A stretch of DNA of 64,000 bases. It comes from Neoconidiobolus thromboides FSU 785 (Eukaryota > Fungi > Entomophthoromycota). The DNA lies in contig MU626280.1 in assembly GCA_025603075.1 (NCBI GenBank), forward strand, positions 1-64,000. Reading direction: 5' to 3'. Made by a program: the position numbers and the translations under genes. Below, piece by piece: positions 24,925 through 37,937 of the stretch. The notes beneath the pieces were generated by a model, which was not told the DNA's origin, did not search any database, and worked only from the letters and a program-made list of their open reading frames with translations. The stretch's first letter is position 1, and each line of letters opens with the position of its first letter.

Positions 24925-25241
24925 ATACATTTTTGATAAATGTAAAAATTCTAGATTTATAAGTAAAAATTGATATAATTAAAAACAATTGATAATAAAA
25001 ATACAAAGTTATGTTCAAAAATTTTATTAAATTTTCTTATTTAAATAGTGTTTAAAAAATAAAAAAGTAATAAAGTTAAAAACGCTTTCTAATAATAAAA
25101 TAAACATAATGATAAAAAATAAAGCAAAAATAGATAAAAATTTTAATAAAAATAAAATATTATATAAATTCTATAAATTTTGTGTTAATACTTAAAAATA
25201 TATAATAAAACTGTTGGAAAATCAAACAACAGAAGCTATAT

Positions 25242-25336
25242 GGGGATGTATTGTGTTTAAGAATTTTACTAGTAATTTTTTCGCTCAAATAGCGCTTAAA
25301 AAATGGAAAAGTAATGAAATCAAAAAAAACATCCCC
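25242..25336 (+). mobile_element. MITE copy ~180 bp upstream of the DPB2 ATG
   Basis: Intact termini, ATAT TSD. Confidence 0.92.
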
Positions 25337-25515
25337 ATATTTGATTTTTTTTATAATTTAATTGAATATTTTTATACTCTTCTGCATAAACTTTGATAAA
25401 ATTTAGTAAATTACAAAAAAAACTTTAGGCTTTATAAATTTGAACAAATCAAATTTCAATTTTTATTTTTATTTAGAAAGAGATTGATTTTAATCCTCAC
25501 ATTAGCAATAAAAAT

Positions 25516-27441
25516 ATGGATGCTTTTAATTTCAATAGTGATGATAGTGAGAATACCAACGATAGCATTGGGTATGAATTCAACGCCGAAATCAATGACA
25601 ATCCAAATAGTGAGATTGAAGAAAAATCGGATTTTAATTTTGACCAACAACAAGAAGATGAGATCATTGAAGATATCTCCCTTAATGAAGATAATATCTA
25701 TTCCGATTTGGACATACAACAAACTAATCAGGATATAAATTCTGATTTAGAATTACAAGAAAATTTTAATTATACACGTTCTATGAGTTCTCACAAAAGA
25801 ATGCATCGATTGGATACAGTTGATTTAGGCACTGAGATTGGATACAATCAAAGTATTCGTGAACCTGAAGGATATGAATCGGAATTAGAATATAGGTTTC
25901 AAAATGAGCTTTCATTTCAAGAAGTAGATGAAGAGGAGAAGTTCGATGTAGAAGAGGTTAATAGAGTAAAAAGGATTATGTTTCGAATTGCTACAAAACA
26001 ATTTGGTTTAACGTTTGATACTATTACCTTTTGGTTTATTTTTAAATGGTTAAAAGTCAATAATTTTGCAGAAATTAATGAGGAAAAGGAGACAGTTAAA
26101 ACAATTCATATTATTTGTGATAAAATCAATAATCGATATCGTAAGTTATTTATTTATTTATTTTAAAGTTATCTTTTTAACCAGGATATTAATCATTCTT
26201 TATTTAGCTGGTATTCAACATTTAGAGTATGAACATGTCAAAAAAATTATTGAAGAATTAAACACAACATTTGAATTGAATGAATTCGGTGACCCAGTTA
26301 TTCGTCCTAATATTAATTTTGATAATACACAAGAAGATAATAATAATTTTACCAATTTTGATAAAGGAAATATATTAGATATAACTAAATACTTTAATGT
26401 AGTTAATGCTTTTGATATGCCGTTATTTTATTATTCAGAAGAATACAAAACTTTTTTACAGTAAGTAAAAACTAATTGAAGTTGGCTAAAAGAAGTGTTT
26501 ATTGATGTATATTTATAAATAGGAAACCTAAAGAAAATAAATTATTTTTAAATGCAAATGAAAGGGCTAAAATTTATCAAGAAAGATATCATTTACTAAA
26601 GAAAAAAATAATGAGAAGTGGAAAATTTATTACACCATCAGCTTTTAATACTAATAAGAATGGAATTCAAGTAAATATTATTATTATATTCATTATTTAT
26701 TTATTCCTTCTATTTAGTTATTAGATATTAAATCTTTAATTGGACGATATAATCAGCATTATTGTTTATTTGGCATGTTATTAAAAAGAGGAGAAAATGA
26801 ATATTATTTAGAAGATTTAGAATCGAATGTTAAATTAGAATTTATCAATAATTATGTAAGCTATATTATTTATATTATTATGGTTTAAAGTTTAATGGAT
26901 TTAATATATTATTATTGTTATTATAGAAATTAAATAAAGGATTATTTACAACTGAATGTTTTGTTTTAATTGAAGGTGAAATGGGAGAAGATGAAATTTT
27001 TAGCGTTAAAAATTTATTATTACCTCCTTATGAATCGAATGAATTTTCAAAGTAAGTTTTATTTTTTATTTTTTATTTAATAACCTTGAAATTTAATAAA
27101 AATCAATTAGAAATTATAATGAAGTAGACTGGATTGATATTCATTCTAATAGAATACCAACGGTAAGTTTTATTATTATCATTTGATATTTATTTTATAT
27201 GTTTATTTTGTATTTTTAGAATACATTATCATTATTAAAAGAAGAATTTGAAAATGTATCATTTATATTTTTATCAGATATTTATCTAGACCAATCAACT
27301 ACATTTGATGGATTAAATAAATTGTTTATGGAATTAGAAAATACAGAAATACCCTTAGCTATTATAATGATGGGTAGTTTTAATTCAAGTAGAATTTTAT
27401 ATAATGATTTAGATACTACTCAATATAAAGGTAATTTAATA

Positions 27442-27520
<79 letters not shown>

Positions 27521-28420
27521 TGGTATATTAATTTATCCTTTATTATAGAAAATTTCACTAAATTAGGCAATTTAATATCTAAATTTGAAAAAATATCTCG
27601 ATGGACAAAATTTGTATTTATTCCAGGACCTAATGATCCAGTTTATTTATATACATTACCAATACCTGCTTTAGATTCATACTTTTATGGTGGTTTAAAA
27701 AATAAAGTCAACCAATTTCTATTTACTTCCAATCCAACTAGGTAAATTTATTTATTACTATTATTATTATTATTTGCAATATAGTTTATAATATAATATC
27801 TGATATATATATTTTTAACATTTTTTAGAATAACGATCCTTGATAAAGAATTAATATTTATGCGACAAAATTTAATGCATAAAGTATTAAGAAATTTAGC
27901 AATTCCATTACCTGAGAAATTTACTAATAGTCCTGAATTGATACAAGAAATGGTAACTGATAATAATAATAATAATAATAATAATAATATATCTAATATA
28001 TCTTTTAAATTTAGTTATATAAAACTATTTTAGCTAATAAACATCTAAGCCCATTACCAATCAATATACAACCAATATTAGTTGCATTTGATTCTGCTTT
28101 AAGGTTATATAATAATCCAGATTTAGTAAGAAATCATTCATTTTATTTATTAGTTTTTATATTAATATTAATTTTTATTTTGTAGTTAGTAATAGCAGAT
28201 GAGACTTCGTCATATAATACAATTTATAAAGATGTAATTTGTATTAATCCAGGTTCATTTTCATCTATTTTCAATACTAGTTCATTTCAATATCATTTAT
28301 ATAAACCAATATTGAATCTTTCGGAAACTAAGTAAGTTGTCATTTATTTTTAAAGGGAATCTATTTTAATGTTGATTTTAATTTAGAACTATAACTGTAA
28401 CTTCAGAAACAAAAATATAA
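25516..28420 (+). CDS. DPB2: DNA polymerase epsilon subunit B (~11 introns) with acidic N-terminal extension
   Basis: FIFLSDIYLD, FVFIPGPNDP, FTSNPTR, HLSPLPINIQPI, LRLYNNPDLLVIAD, CINPGSF; last exon ends ...ETKI* at 28420. Confidence 0.92.
27442..27520. repeat. (AAT)~26 microsatellite inside a DPB2 intron (27431-27548)
   Basis: Directly visible; flanked by GT donor and TAG acceptor. Confidence 0.95.
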
Positions 28421-28568
28421 ATATATAATTTAATAAAAAAGATAATTCATTTATTATTATTATTATTTTATACTCAATAAAAAAATCATAATTCTAGAAA
28501 AAAAATCTATCACCTACTATTTTCTATATAAATAAACCTTTTATCCATCTACCCCATTACTAATCAAA

Positions 28569-30659
28569 TTAAACCATTGCTTTAATTTCAGTAGTCGTAT
28601 TATTATTATCACTAGTATTATTATTTTCTAAAGTATTATTTCTACCTTCTTTTCTATTTTTTTTAATTCTATAATGAATGTCACAAATCATTTTATCTTC
28701 ATTATTATTTTCTTCTTTCCCTTCATTACTTTCTTTACATTTTAAAATACAACACTTTTTACAAGCTTGATGAATACATTTTGAACTAGCTACATTAGGA
28801 CAATTGGGACATATTAATTTATCAGGAATTCTTTTTGTCTGAACTAAAAAAATCAAGGTTATCAAAATTAGGCCGATGAACACTATATAGAAAATAGATC
28901 AAAAACCTTACCATTATTATTATTATTATTATTATTATCATTCTCTAGTTTCCTCTTTCCATCTTTTTCTTTTATTAATTTTTCCCTTTTTTCTATTTCT
29001 TTTTCTTCTTTAGTTTTCTTTTGATTATGCACGTTTTCTGGTCTTATATAAGGTTGACATATCCAATGGGGCAATTGTTTGATTCCTTTTTCATCTACTG
29101 TTACTGTATATTCAAAATTAACTTTACTGGCATCTTCCTATTAAATTCAAATAATTTAATTAAAATTCAAATATTTGAAACTGAATGTAGCTTACCTTTA
29201 GTTTCTCATTTAATTTATCACAGACAATTTCAAAATCTTTTAATTCACTAGCCGTGGCTAGTTGATCTCTTAATTCAGTATACATGGATAAGCTAAATAA
29301 TCAATCAATAATTAATATCTCATCCTTCTTATATTAAATTAACTTTTTGTATCTTCACTTACCAAGATTTATAAAGTTTAAAAAGATGTGCACGAATATA
29401 AGCCGTTTTATTTAATTTTGGATACTCTTTACATAATTTGATATATTCTTCAGCAATTTCATAAATTGGTATTTCTTTGTTAGAAAATAAGGCTGGATTG
29501 TAAAGTAGGGCTTCTATATTAGGAGAAGAATAGAAGTTAATATATAGATTAAAATTTTAAAAAAATATTGGATAATAAATGAAGCAACTTACCTGCTGAC
29601 ATAACTCCATCTACTCCAGTAGCTTTCATACATTTTTCAATATCTTCAAAATACAATATATTCCCATTGGCAAATACGGGGATATTAACGGAATTTCTGT
29701 AAAATTATTTTGATTCATTAATCTATTTTATAGTATCCATTTCCTAATATTAATTACTTAACAATTCTAATCTGTTCCCAATCGGCTAATCCTGTATTAT
29801 GGCCTTTTTGTTCACGTAATCTACCATGCACGGTCAATAACTAGATATCAAAAAAATTAATCCATTATTATTATAATTATTGAAATTAAGACTTACTTGA
29901 CAGCCTGCTTTTTCTAACATCTTAGCATATCGCACTGTTTTTTCAACTTCTGGAAAAATTCGAATTTTACAAGTTACAGGAATATTTAAATTATCGTGTA
30001 AATTTTTAACTATAAAAATAAATTTAAAAATCAATATTCCAATATTGTACCATATTATACAAAATTATTAAATCATTTAAAAATTTGTCTCACTTACCCA
30101 TTTTCTCGATCAACTCCCATTCCTCCATTAAATACGAGCCATAATGACCTCTTCTAGCAATATGCTGAGGACAACCTAAATTGATATCAACGGCATCACA
30201 TTTATCTTCAATTAATTTAGCTGCTTTTAATAAGTGGTCTGGATCATTAGCACAAAACTAAAAACATCAAAGCTTCATTAGTAAAAATTCTCCAGTTCGA
30301 CATCATCTACTATTTTCTAAATAGCTTAATTTTCTTTCTTTTTAACTTACTTGTACCACTAATGGTCGATCTAATTGTCCTTCAATAGCATCAAACATAT
30401 CTTTACGATATTTATCCGAAACTTCATCACCAAACATACGTGCATGATACATGGGTGTATAGCATAGCTCCGCTCCATATTTTCGACATAATAATCGCCA
30501 TACTAACTCACTTTGATCGACCATGGGGGCAACAATGTATTTGCTAGAATTCAACGTTTGTTTCCAAAAATTAAAAGAAGTAAGTTTGCGGGACATATCG
30601 ACAGAATGAGAAGTAGAAGTAGATACAAATTGTTGTTCAAGTTTTTGCTCGGTTGACAT
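28569..30659 (-). CDS. DUS1: tRNA-dihydrouridine synthase 1 (~8 introns) with C-terminal Cys/His cluster
   Basis: [63 protein letters not shown]. Tail [21 protein letters not shown]...CDIH. The track ORFs at 28569 and 28883 are its last exons. Confidence 0.93.
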
Positions 30660-31408
30660 TTAGTAAAAAGAATTACTAAGAAAGTTAAAAGAAGTAGAAT
30701 ATTGGTTGGAATTTGGGAATTTTTTTGTGGTGCTTGATTTGTTTTTAATTGGTAAATTTTTAAATTAAATTGAGCAAGATACCCTCAACCCCACTAGTAG
30801 CTAATCATTCTTCGATTTTAGCAACTAGCTGTCTGAAACTCAATTCATCTCAATTACAACAATTATAAAAATCAAGCGCAGTATTAAGCATTCTTAGCAT
30901 TAAGTTGGTCCAAAATGGCAAAATCTTTAAGCTTAAAATTTAATTAGAATAAAACTTGTTCTTGAAGCTTTTACGATTCTTTTACGGCACATCTAGCTAT
31001 TGATTTAAGATAGGTACTATCTATAAAATCATTTAAAAGTTTTAAACTAGCTTATTTTGAAACAAAAAACAAAAACTAATTGTAAAAATCATCGCTAATT
31101 AGGCCATAACGCAACTGTAACAGTTATATTCAAAATTTATACCAATCACAAAAAAAAATTAAATGAGCGGGACTATTGGCGGGTTATGGTAGTTTTTAAA
31201 TAACTAAATTGAAAGCATAGCAGTAATAAACAGGATGATCTGATAGCATGATATTAGTTAACGATTTATTATGGAATAAATAATAAATAGAACCATTTTT
31301 AATGAGGGAGTATAAAAGTATATATATAAGTATTTAGTTATACTTTTTGAACTTTGTTTTATCTATTTTTCAACTTTTGCTATTTTTTAATAGTTTTCAA
31401 TCCTGATA

Positions 31409-32391
31409 ATGACAATGGTAACCCGAATGAATAGCAAACAAATTAATATCCTCATCCTTGGTAGTCCTAATAGTGGAAAGACGACTTTAATTAATCAATT
31501 ATTACTTGTTAAAGAGAAAGATAAAGAAGTAAGGATAACAACAATGAGATTATTATACTAACATGTTAATCTATTAAATAGGATATAGATCTACTTTCCA
31601 GAGATAGTTTATTTAATGAAATTAAAAAAAAAGTATGTTATTTTGATCATGAATTTGTAATGAATCTAATGGATACCAAAGGTAAGTTATTAAAGTTTCA
31701 TTCTTTTATATTATATATAATAAACTAATAAATTAAAACTAAGTTAATTAATACTTTTTCTTTTAGGTTCCGAAGAATATTACTTTAATAGAAAAGATTT
31801 GTATTCTGAAACAGATATTATAATACTCACTTTTTCTTATGATTGTTTATCTACCTATGATGATTTATTTGATTATGTAAGTTTTATTTTAGATATTATT
31901 AGAATTCAGTTACTATGTTAATTAAATTAATTTATTAATAAGTTGTTATTAGTGGATGAAAGAAATTGAAGAAAGCACATTAAATTATGGCAAAAGGATA
32001 CCAGTATTAATAGTTGGTACAATGAGAGACAAGAAAAAAATCAAATTTCACTATAAAGATTTATTTATTCAAAAAGTGAGTTTAATTGTATTATTGTTAT
32101 TATTCATATTAATTCAATTTCTTATTCAATTAGCATAACTTAAAAGTCCAAGATACTGCTTATAATTGCTTTTTAGAATGTAGTCAATATCAACCTCATT
32201 CTTTTGATTTAATATTAGAAAAAATATTAGACACTTTCATTGCTTTTTATTATCTGAAAGACAAATCTTATTTTAACAATAATATTAATTTTATAGAAGA
32301 TAGTAAGAGGCAAGTAGCTAATAAAGAACAACCGATAAAAGTTAAAAAGAAAAATAGTGTGACTACGTTTTTTAAAAAATTAATGAAATAA
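31409..32391 (+). CDS. Atypical Rho/Ras-like small GTPase (4 introns), no CAAX box
   Basis: Spliced translation gives G1 GSPNSGKT, G3 DTKGSEEY, G4 VGTMRD and G5 FLECS; ends KVKKKNSVTTFFKKLMK*. Confidence 0.8.
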
Positions 32392-32727
32392 AATCTTCCA
32401 CTTTTCACTTAATTTAATCGAATGTGCCCTAGAAAATGAAAGTAATACAAGGTGCACTTTATTCTTGAGTCTCTTAAAATGTAGGAATTTATTTATTTTA
32501 TCTTGGTTACTTATTATCGATAATATTATCTTTCAAGCATTCGATTTTGTTATTATAAATAAAGTTCTCCATTATTTATATCATTCAAAATCAAGATATA
32601 AAAGCAATCATTCATTTTTTAATATTTCAAATTTATTCAAAAACAGTAAAAATATAGAATAGGAGATAATAATACAACTAAAACATTAGTTAAAAAAGAG
32701 AAATAAAAAAGTATTTCTAAATCGACA

Positions 32728-34885
32728 TTAAACTAAAAAGGTGGTATCCACATTATGAGCGAAATCCCAAATTAATAGATTTTGTTCTTGAGAACACGAA
32801 ATTAATTTAGTATCCGAAAATTGTAGTTTAAAGATTCTAGATTGATGGCCATGTTGTAAATCTAACATTAATTTCCCTGTATTAATATCCCAAATTTTAA
32901 TAGTATGATCATAACTACCGGATATTAATCGATTCCCTTGAAATTGTAAACTACGTACTAAGTCATTATGGCCAATTAATGTTTTAATACATTTTCCGGT
33001 TTTAATATCCCAAATTTTAATTGTTTTATCACTGGAACCGGACACAATTATATCTTCATTCATTTGTAAACAAGCAATACCACGTAAATGACCAATAAAT
33101 GCTTTAATACATTGACCACTATTTAAATCCCATAATAAGATACTACGATCACCGGATGCAGATACTATTTTATCACCATAAATATCAATGGCATTAACAG
33201 CTACTCTATGACCATTTAAGCTGCGAATTAACTTCCCAGTTTTTATATCCCAAATTTTTATAGTTCGATCTTTACTACATGAAACTATAACTTTCTCATT
33301 AAATTTTAAATTCAATACAGAATCTGTATGCTCAGTTAAACGATGTAATATAGTGGCTTTATTAAGATCCCAAATAATTATTGAACCATCCGAAGAACCG
33401 GAAATTAATATATTATCTTTAAATTGTAAACATAATACAGAACCTGTATGACCATAATAAATTCTCAAACATTTTCCAGTCTTTATATCCCATAATTTAA
33501 TAGTATCATCTCTTGAACCCGATAAAATTTTAAAATTATCAAATTGTAAACAATAAATACCTTCTTGATGAGCTAATATATATTTTAATGTATAATTTCC
33601 AAGTTTCCAATTATTTTCTAGTAATTTTCGTTGTTGATATAAATATTTCCAATTAATTTCGTATTTTTTATAACCTGTTTTTGGGTTATAGTGTTTAATC
33701 TCATGTTTTTTGATATTAAATTTGTAATCAAAATAATCCAAATGGTTATATTCATTTAACCCTGGTATAATTGTATTATTGATATTATTTATTATTGGAC
33801 TATTCATCATTGGGCTTGGGGATTCACTAAATAATCCAGGTGTATTTAGCAATTCATTATTATTCATCATCAACATATTATTATTAATTGTTGTATTATC
33901 ATTAATATTATTAATTGTTACAATATCGATCGTATTATTATTACTATTATTATTTATACTGTTATTATTAGCCATTATTCTTGGACTTAATGGTAAACCA
34001 AGGTTATTGTTATTCCCAACCCTTGGACTCAATGGTATATTTAAACTAGGAGATAATGGATTTGTTTGTGGTACTACTCTTAAACCTAGCATTGGAGAAG
34101 TAGAGGTATTATAAGGTAAACGAAATTGAGAAGTCATTGGTGAAGATGGGGTTGATATCGAATTAAAGGGTAATAAATTACTATTATTATCATTATTGTT
34201 ACTGTTGATATCAATTTGATTAAAATTAGTAATAAATTTATTAATTTCTATATAATAGGGAATAATATTAATAAACTATAAGCATTATAATAATATAAAA
34301 TAATTTACCCTCATCTGAAGTTTCAATTAGTTGATTATCATCATCACTTAAACTGTTACTAATTTCCTTTTCTCCTTCTTTCCCATTATTGCCATTATTT
34401 TGATTTAAAAAAGTTAATATTAATTTTAGATTATAGTAATAATTTTCTTTTTCAAACATTTTTTTCCAAATACTTTGATCTTGAATTATCTTATTCCAAT
34501 GTTTACTAACTAAACTACAATTCATTAAAGTTTGAAAATCCGTATAGCTTAAGATGTTTGTGGCTATTTCAATCGGTAATTCGGTTAAGAAATCTTTATG
34601 TAATAATGGAGCAAGACGATTGATGACAGTGCTCATAGTTGAAGTGGATAAACTTAAGAGAATGTTCATGGCTAACTCTAAAGAATGAAAGTAAAGGCAT
34701 TAGTAAATGTTTTAAGAGGAGGATAATCGAATGCTACCTGCTTTTTGTTGATCATTCCAATTATTAATAAATGAAGGTAGTTCTAATTTTTTTAATTCGG
34801 AATATCCTTCATCTGTGATTTTACCATTAGAAGAAAGTATTGAAGGATCTTCTTTGAATTCATTGTTATTATTATTGAGACCCAT
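32728..34885 (-). CDS. F-box/WD40 protein of the beta-TrCP/Pof11/FWD-1 type (3 exons: 34885-34738, 34677-34309, 34247-32728)
   Basis: F-box FLTELPIEIATNILSY...VSKHW; seven WD40 repeats including HQEGIYCLQFD, GHRVAVNAI and GHLRGIACLQ. Confidence 0.9.
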
Positions 34886-36629
34886 AACTGAAGTATGAAA
34901 TTATTGATTCACTATTATTTCCTTAAATCCAAAAATATAAAAACGCAAGTTGCTAATATAAAAAAAACTACAAAAATTAATATATAAGAAAAATTATAAA
35001 CTCCCAAAACATAAATTTTTAATCTATTTTATACTCTTTTTTTTCTCCTCCACTTTTTTAGTGAATCTTAAGCATTTTGATTTCTAACTGTTAACAAATT
35101 CTAAGTTCAAACCAAAAGCTCCTTTTATTTTTATCCAATTATTTTCTATATATGCAACCTCCCATTGGTTAAAATGAATTCACCACCCCTCCCTTAAGCT
35201 TCAACTTGAAATTGAAAATAGTTGTTCTTCAAGGCTGATCATTTTAAATCTTTTTTTGTTAATTGATTGAATTTATATAAATTAAGATATTAATTTAATT
35301 TAAATAAAAAAAGGGATGAATGAAACATTATTTATAATTATTATTTGGTTGAATATTTGGGATTTATAAGTAAGCAGAATATGATTTTTAGGGTTGTTTG
35401 TAGGGTTCGGAAGTAAAGTGGCTTTTTTACATGTTCTAGATAAATCAATCTATTAACTATTGTGGAGTGAATCTATTAATTAAAAGCAGTGTGTAGTAAA
35501 CTATTTATTTTATTAATATAATTTTATAAGTGACCAACTTTTTAATTATTTCTCTCTCTCGCTTCTATTTAATCTATTTTTAATATTCCAAACTAAACCT
35601 TGAAGTTGAAAATAAATTTACTTTCCAGATTAAGTTAACTTTGAATATTTCATTTAATTACATTAAATATTACTAATCTATTAATGAAATTTATAACAAT
35701 TTTCAATGTTTGATTTTATATTATATAAAATTAAAGTAAGTGAACTTAATATTTTATTCTCTTGATCTATTAATATCATTAACTGATTTGTGAGGTCATT
35801 AAAATAAACATTAACTCATAATTTTAATAATCCGATATTATATTAATATTAATAAAATATTAAAAATTCAAGTTCGGCTAAATTGTTTGTAAATGCCAAT
35901 AGATAATCTATTATTTATTTTATATAGTAATGATAAAGAAATGAAGGTGAGAATCTGGAGATTATGTCATTGTTGTTTTATAGAGGATATTAATAATTGC
36001 ATTCTTGATATATAGTAATTCAATATAGAGTAATGATATATAATAAATTTGTTTCAATTACAATTTACATTCTGAAAATTACTGTAATTTCAAAATCACA
36101 TAAAACTATCCATTTCATCAACTCCTTATATTATCGATATCTACCAACCCTTATTTCAATTGAAAAATAAAAAAATATTTACTTTTTAATAACGTCATTG
36201 AAAATGGAACACATGAATATAAAGAATAAATAACTCTCAAAGTATAAAATGAAGTCATATATCGGCTAAATTCGAGTATTATAAGTGATGATATTAACGT
36301 TAGGCTGGATTTCTAATAGGCTGAATATGGTCCATTTCAAATATCATCAAACTAAAGGTTGCATTAATTTCTAATAAATTTTAAGGTGCATTTGGCCACA
36401 GGTAAAATAGAGGGAATTTAAAATAATTATCAGTATCATGAGGCTTCGGTTTTTTGTTACTTTGTCGGATAATAACTCGGCATTTAGAAATAAATTGATA
36501 GCATAAATATCAATTGATATTAAATCAAGTGACGCTTTTCTATTAAAGATAATAACCTATACGAAGCATTTGATATTAAAAATAGTTTCAAAATGAAATT
36601 TCTTACAGTTAAGTCTATCAAAATAACTT

Positions 36630-37500
36630 ATTAAGTTCTCTTTATACAATTATATTATCACCCATCTCTTAACAAGATGAAGTTATATATTATTTGCTTT
36701 CTTGTTGGTTCTATCAGCAATACTGTAGGATGTGTTGAAAAAATTGGTGAAAACCATTATGTTTAAGCTCAAACTCCAATTAATGTCCTCTTTTGTTTAA
36801 TTCTTTAAGCTTCAACTAAACCCGTAGCCGTATATTAGTATAAATTAACGTGATATGTAACTATCACCCAATAGAAATTAACCGTCATGACAGATGGTAA
36901 CTGTGATAAATAGCAAATATACCCAAACTTCCAATAGTTCAAAAGCAAAGCTGGGTGAGCATCATATCCCTTCAATTCCTATAATAGATCCTTCTTCCAT
37001 CTATATCACCTGCTTCTTATAAATTAACCAAAACCATTCCTGATTACGAACCTAGAGGAACTGCTCCAAGTAACAACATAGGTTTGATGACAGAAGTATT
37101 GGAGTATGCGCAGAGCTAATGGTTTGCGTGCGTATGTAGAGAAAACCCATGTAAAGTTGATTGGCAACTAATAGAGGCAGCTTATAAGCAAATGTCCCAT
37201 ACAAGAACCAAAATTTCCTATTTCCTTGACCTTAAAAAGACAGTTAGCTATCCATCTAAAGATTAATAAGAAAAGGTTGTTTAGAATCAAAGAACTGTTT
37301 CCTGGATTGTGAATTCTTCGAGAAAATCATCTAGACATTACCGCACTATTATTGGAGATTGTCAGTGCCCTGATTTAAGGGAAAAGGATTTTTATTGGAC
37401 CTAAACTTTCGATAGCAGTAATGACTGCTCTGAGGTACTGTTCCAAATTGTAAATATTATCCAACTTAGAACCCAAACGAAATTTGGAATCATATTAAAT
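36630..37500 (+). pseudogene. Decayed Cys/Trp-patterned secreted-protein-like gene, copy 2
   Basis: ATG at ~36678 reads MKLYIICFLVGSISNTVGCVEKIGENHYV*; C-terminal remnant NCKYYPT*NPNEIWNHIK*; alignable with 6510-7565. Confidence 0.55.
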
Positions 37501-37840
37501 AAACACATTTCTCTATTGTTAATTCTGATAGTATATGACCTTTCGTTTTATCATTTTTTATTTTAAAAAAATTACTATCAACAAAATATCATTTTGTTTA
37601 TATAGTATCATTTATGAAGCAAACATTTTCAAGTAATATTTATTTTACATTCAGGCTATATTCATTTGAGATATATATAGCTGCAGACAAACCAAACTAT
37701 ATTTATATTACATAATACTCAAGTACAAAATAATGTTCCTATGTCAAAGCTTTAAAACAAAATTTACAAATTAAAGATAATTTACAACTGTATAAACCAT
37801 AATAATAGATTCGGGACCCCGAACAGCCATGAAATTATAT

Positions 37841-37937
37841 GGGGCTGTATCTTTGTGTTTAAGAATTTTATCAACAATCTTTCCACTCAAATAACCTGTT
37901 AAAAGATCAAAAAAGTAATGAAAAAAAAAACACTCCC
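37841..37937 (+). mobile_element. MITE copy
   Basis: ATAT TSD. Confidence 0.85.

Noticed and set aside
24581-25396. Short ORFs 24581-24859 and 25214-25396 (also 38518-38916, 47980-48168, 48011-48205) with similar peptides
   Set aside because: The similarity comes from reading through MITE copies; not coding genes.
27322-27531. Poly-Asn ORF
   Set aside because: A DPB2 exon read into the intronic (AAT)n microsatellite.
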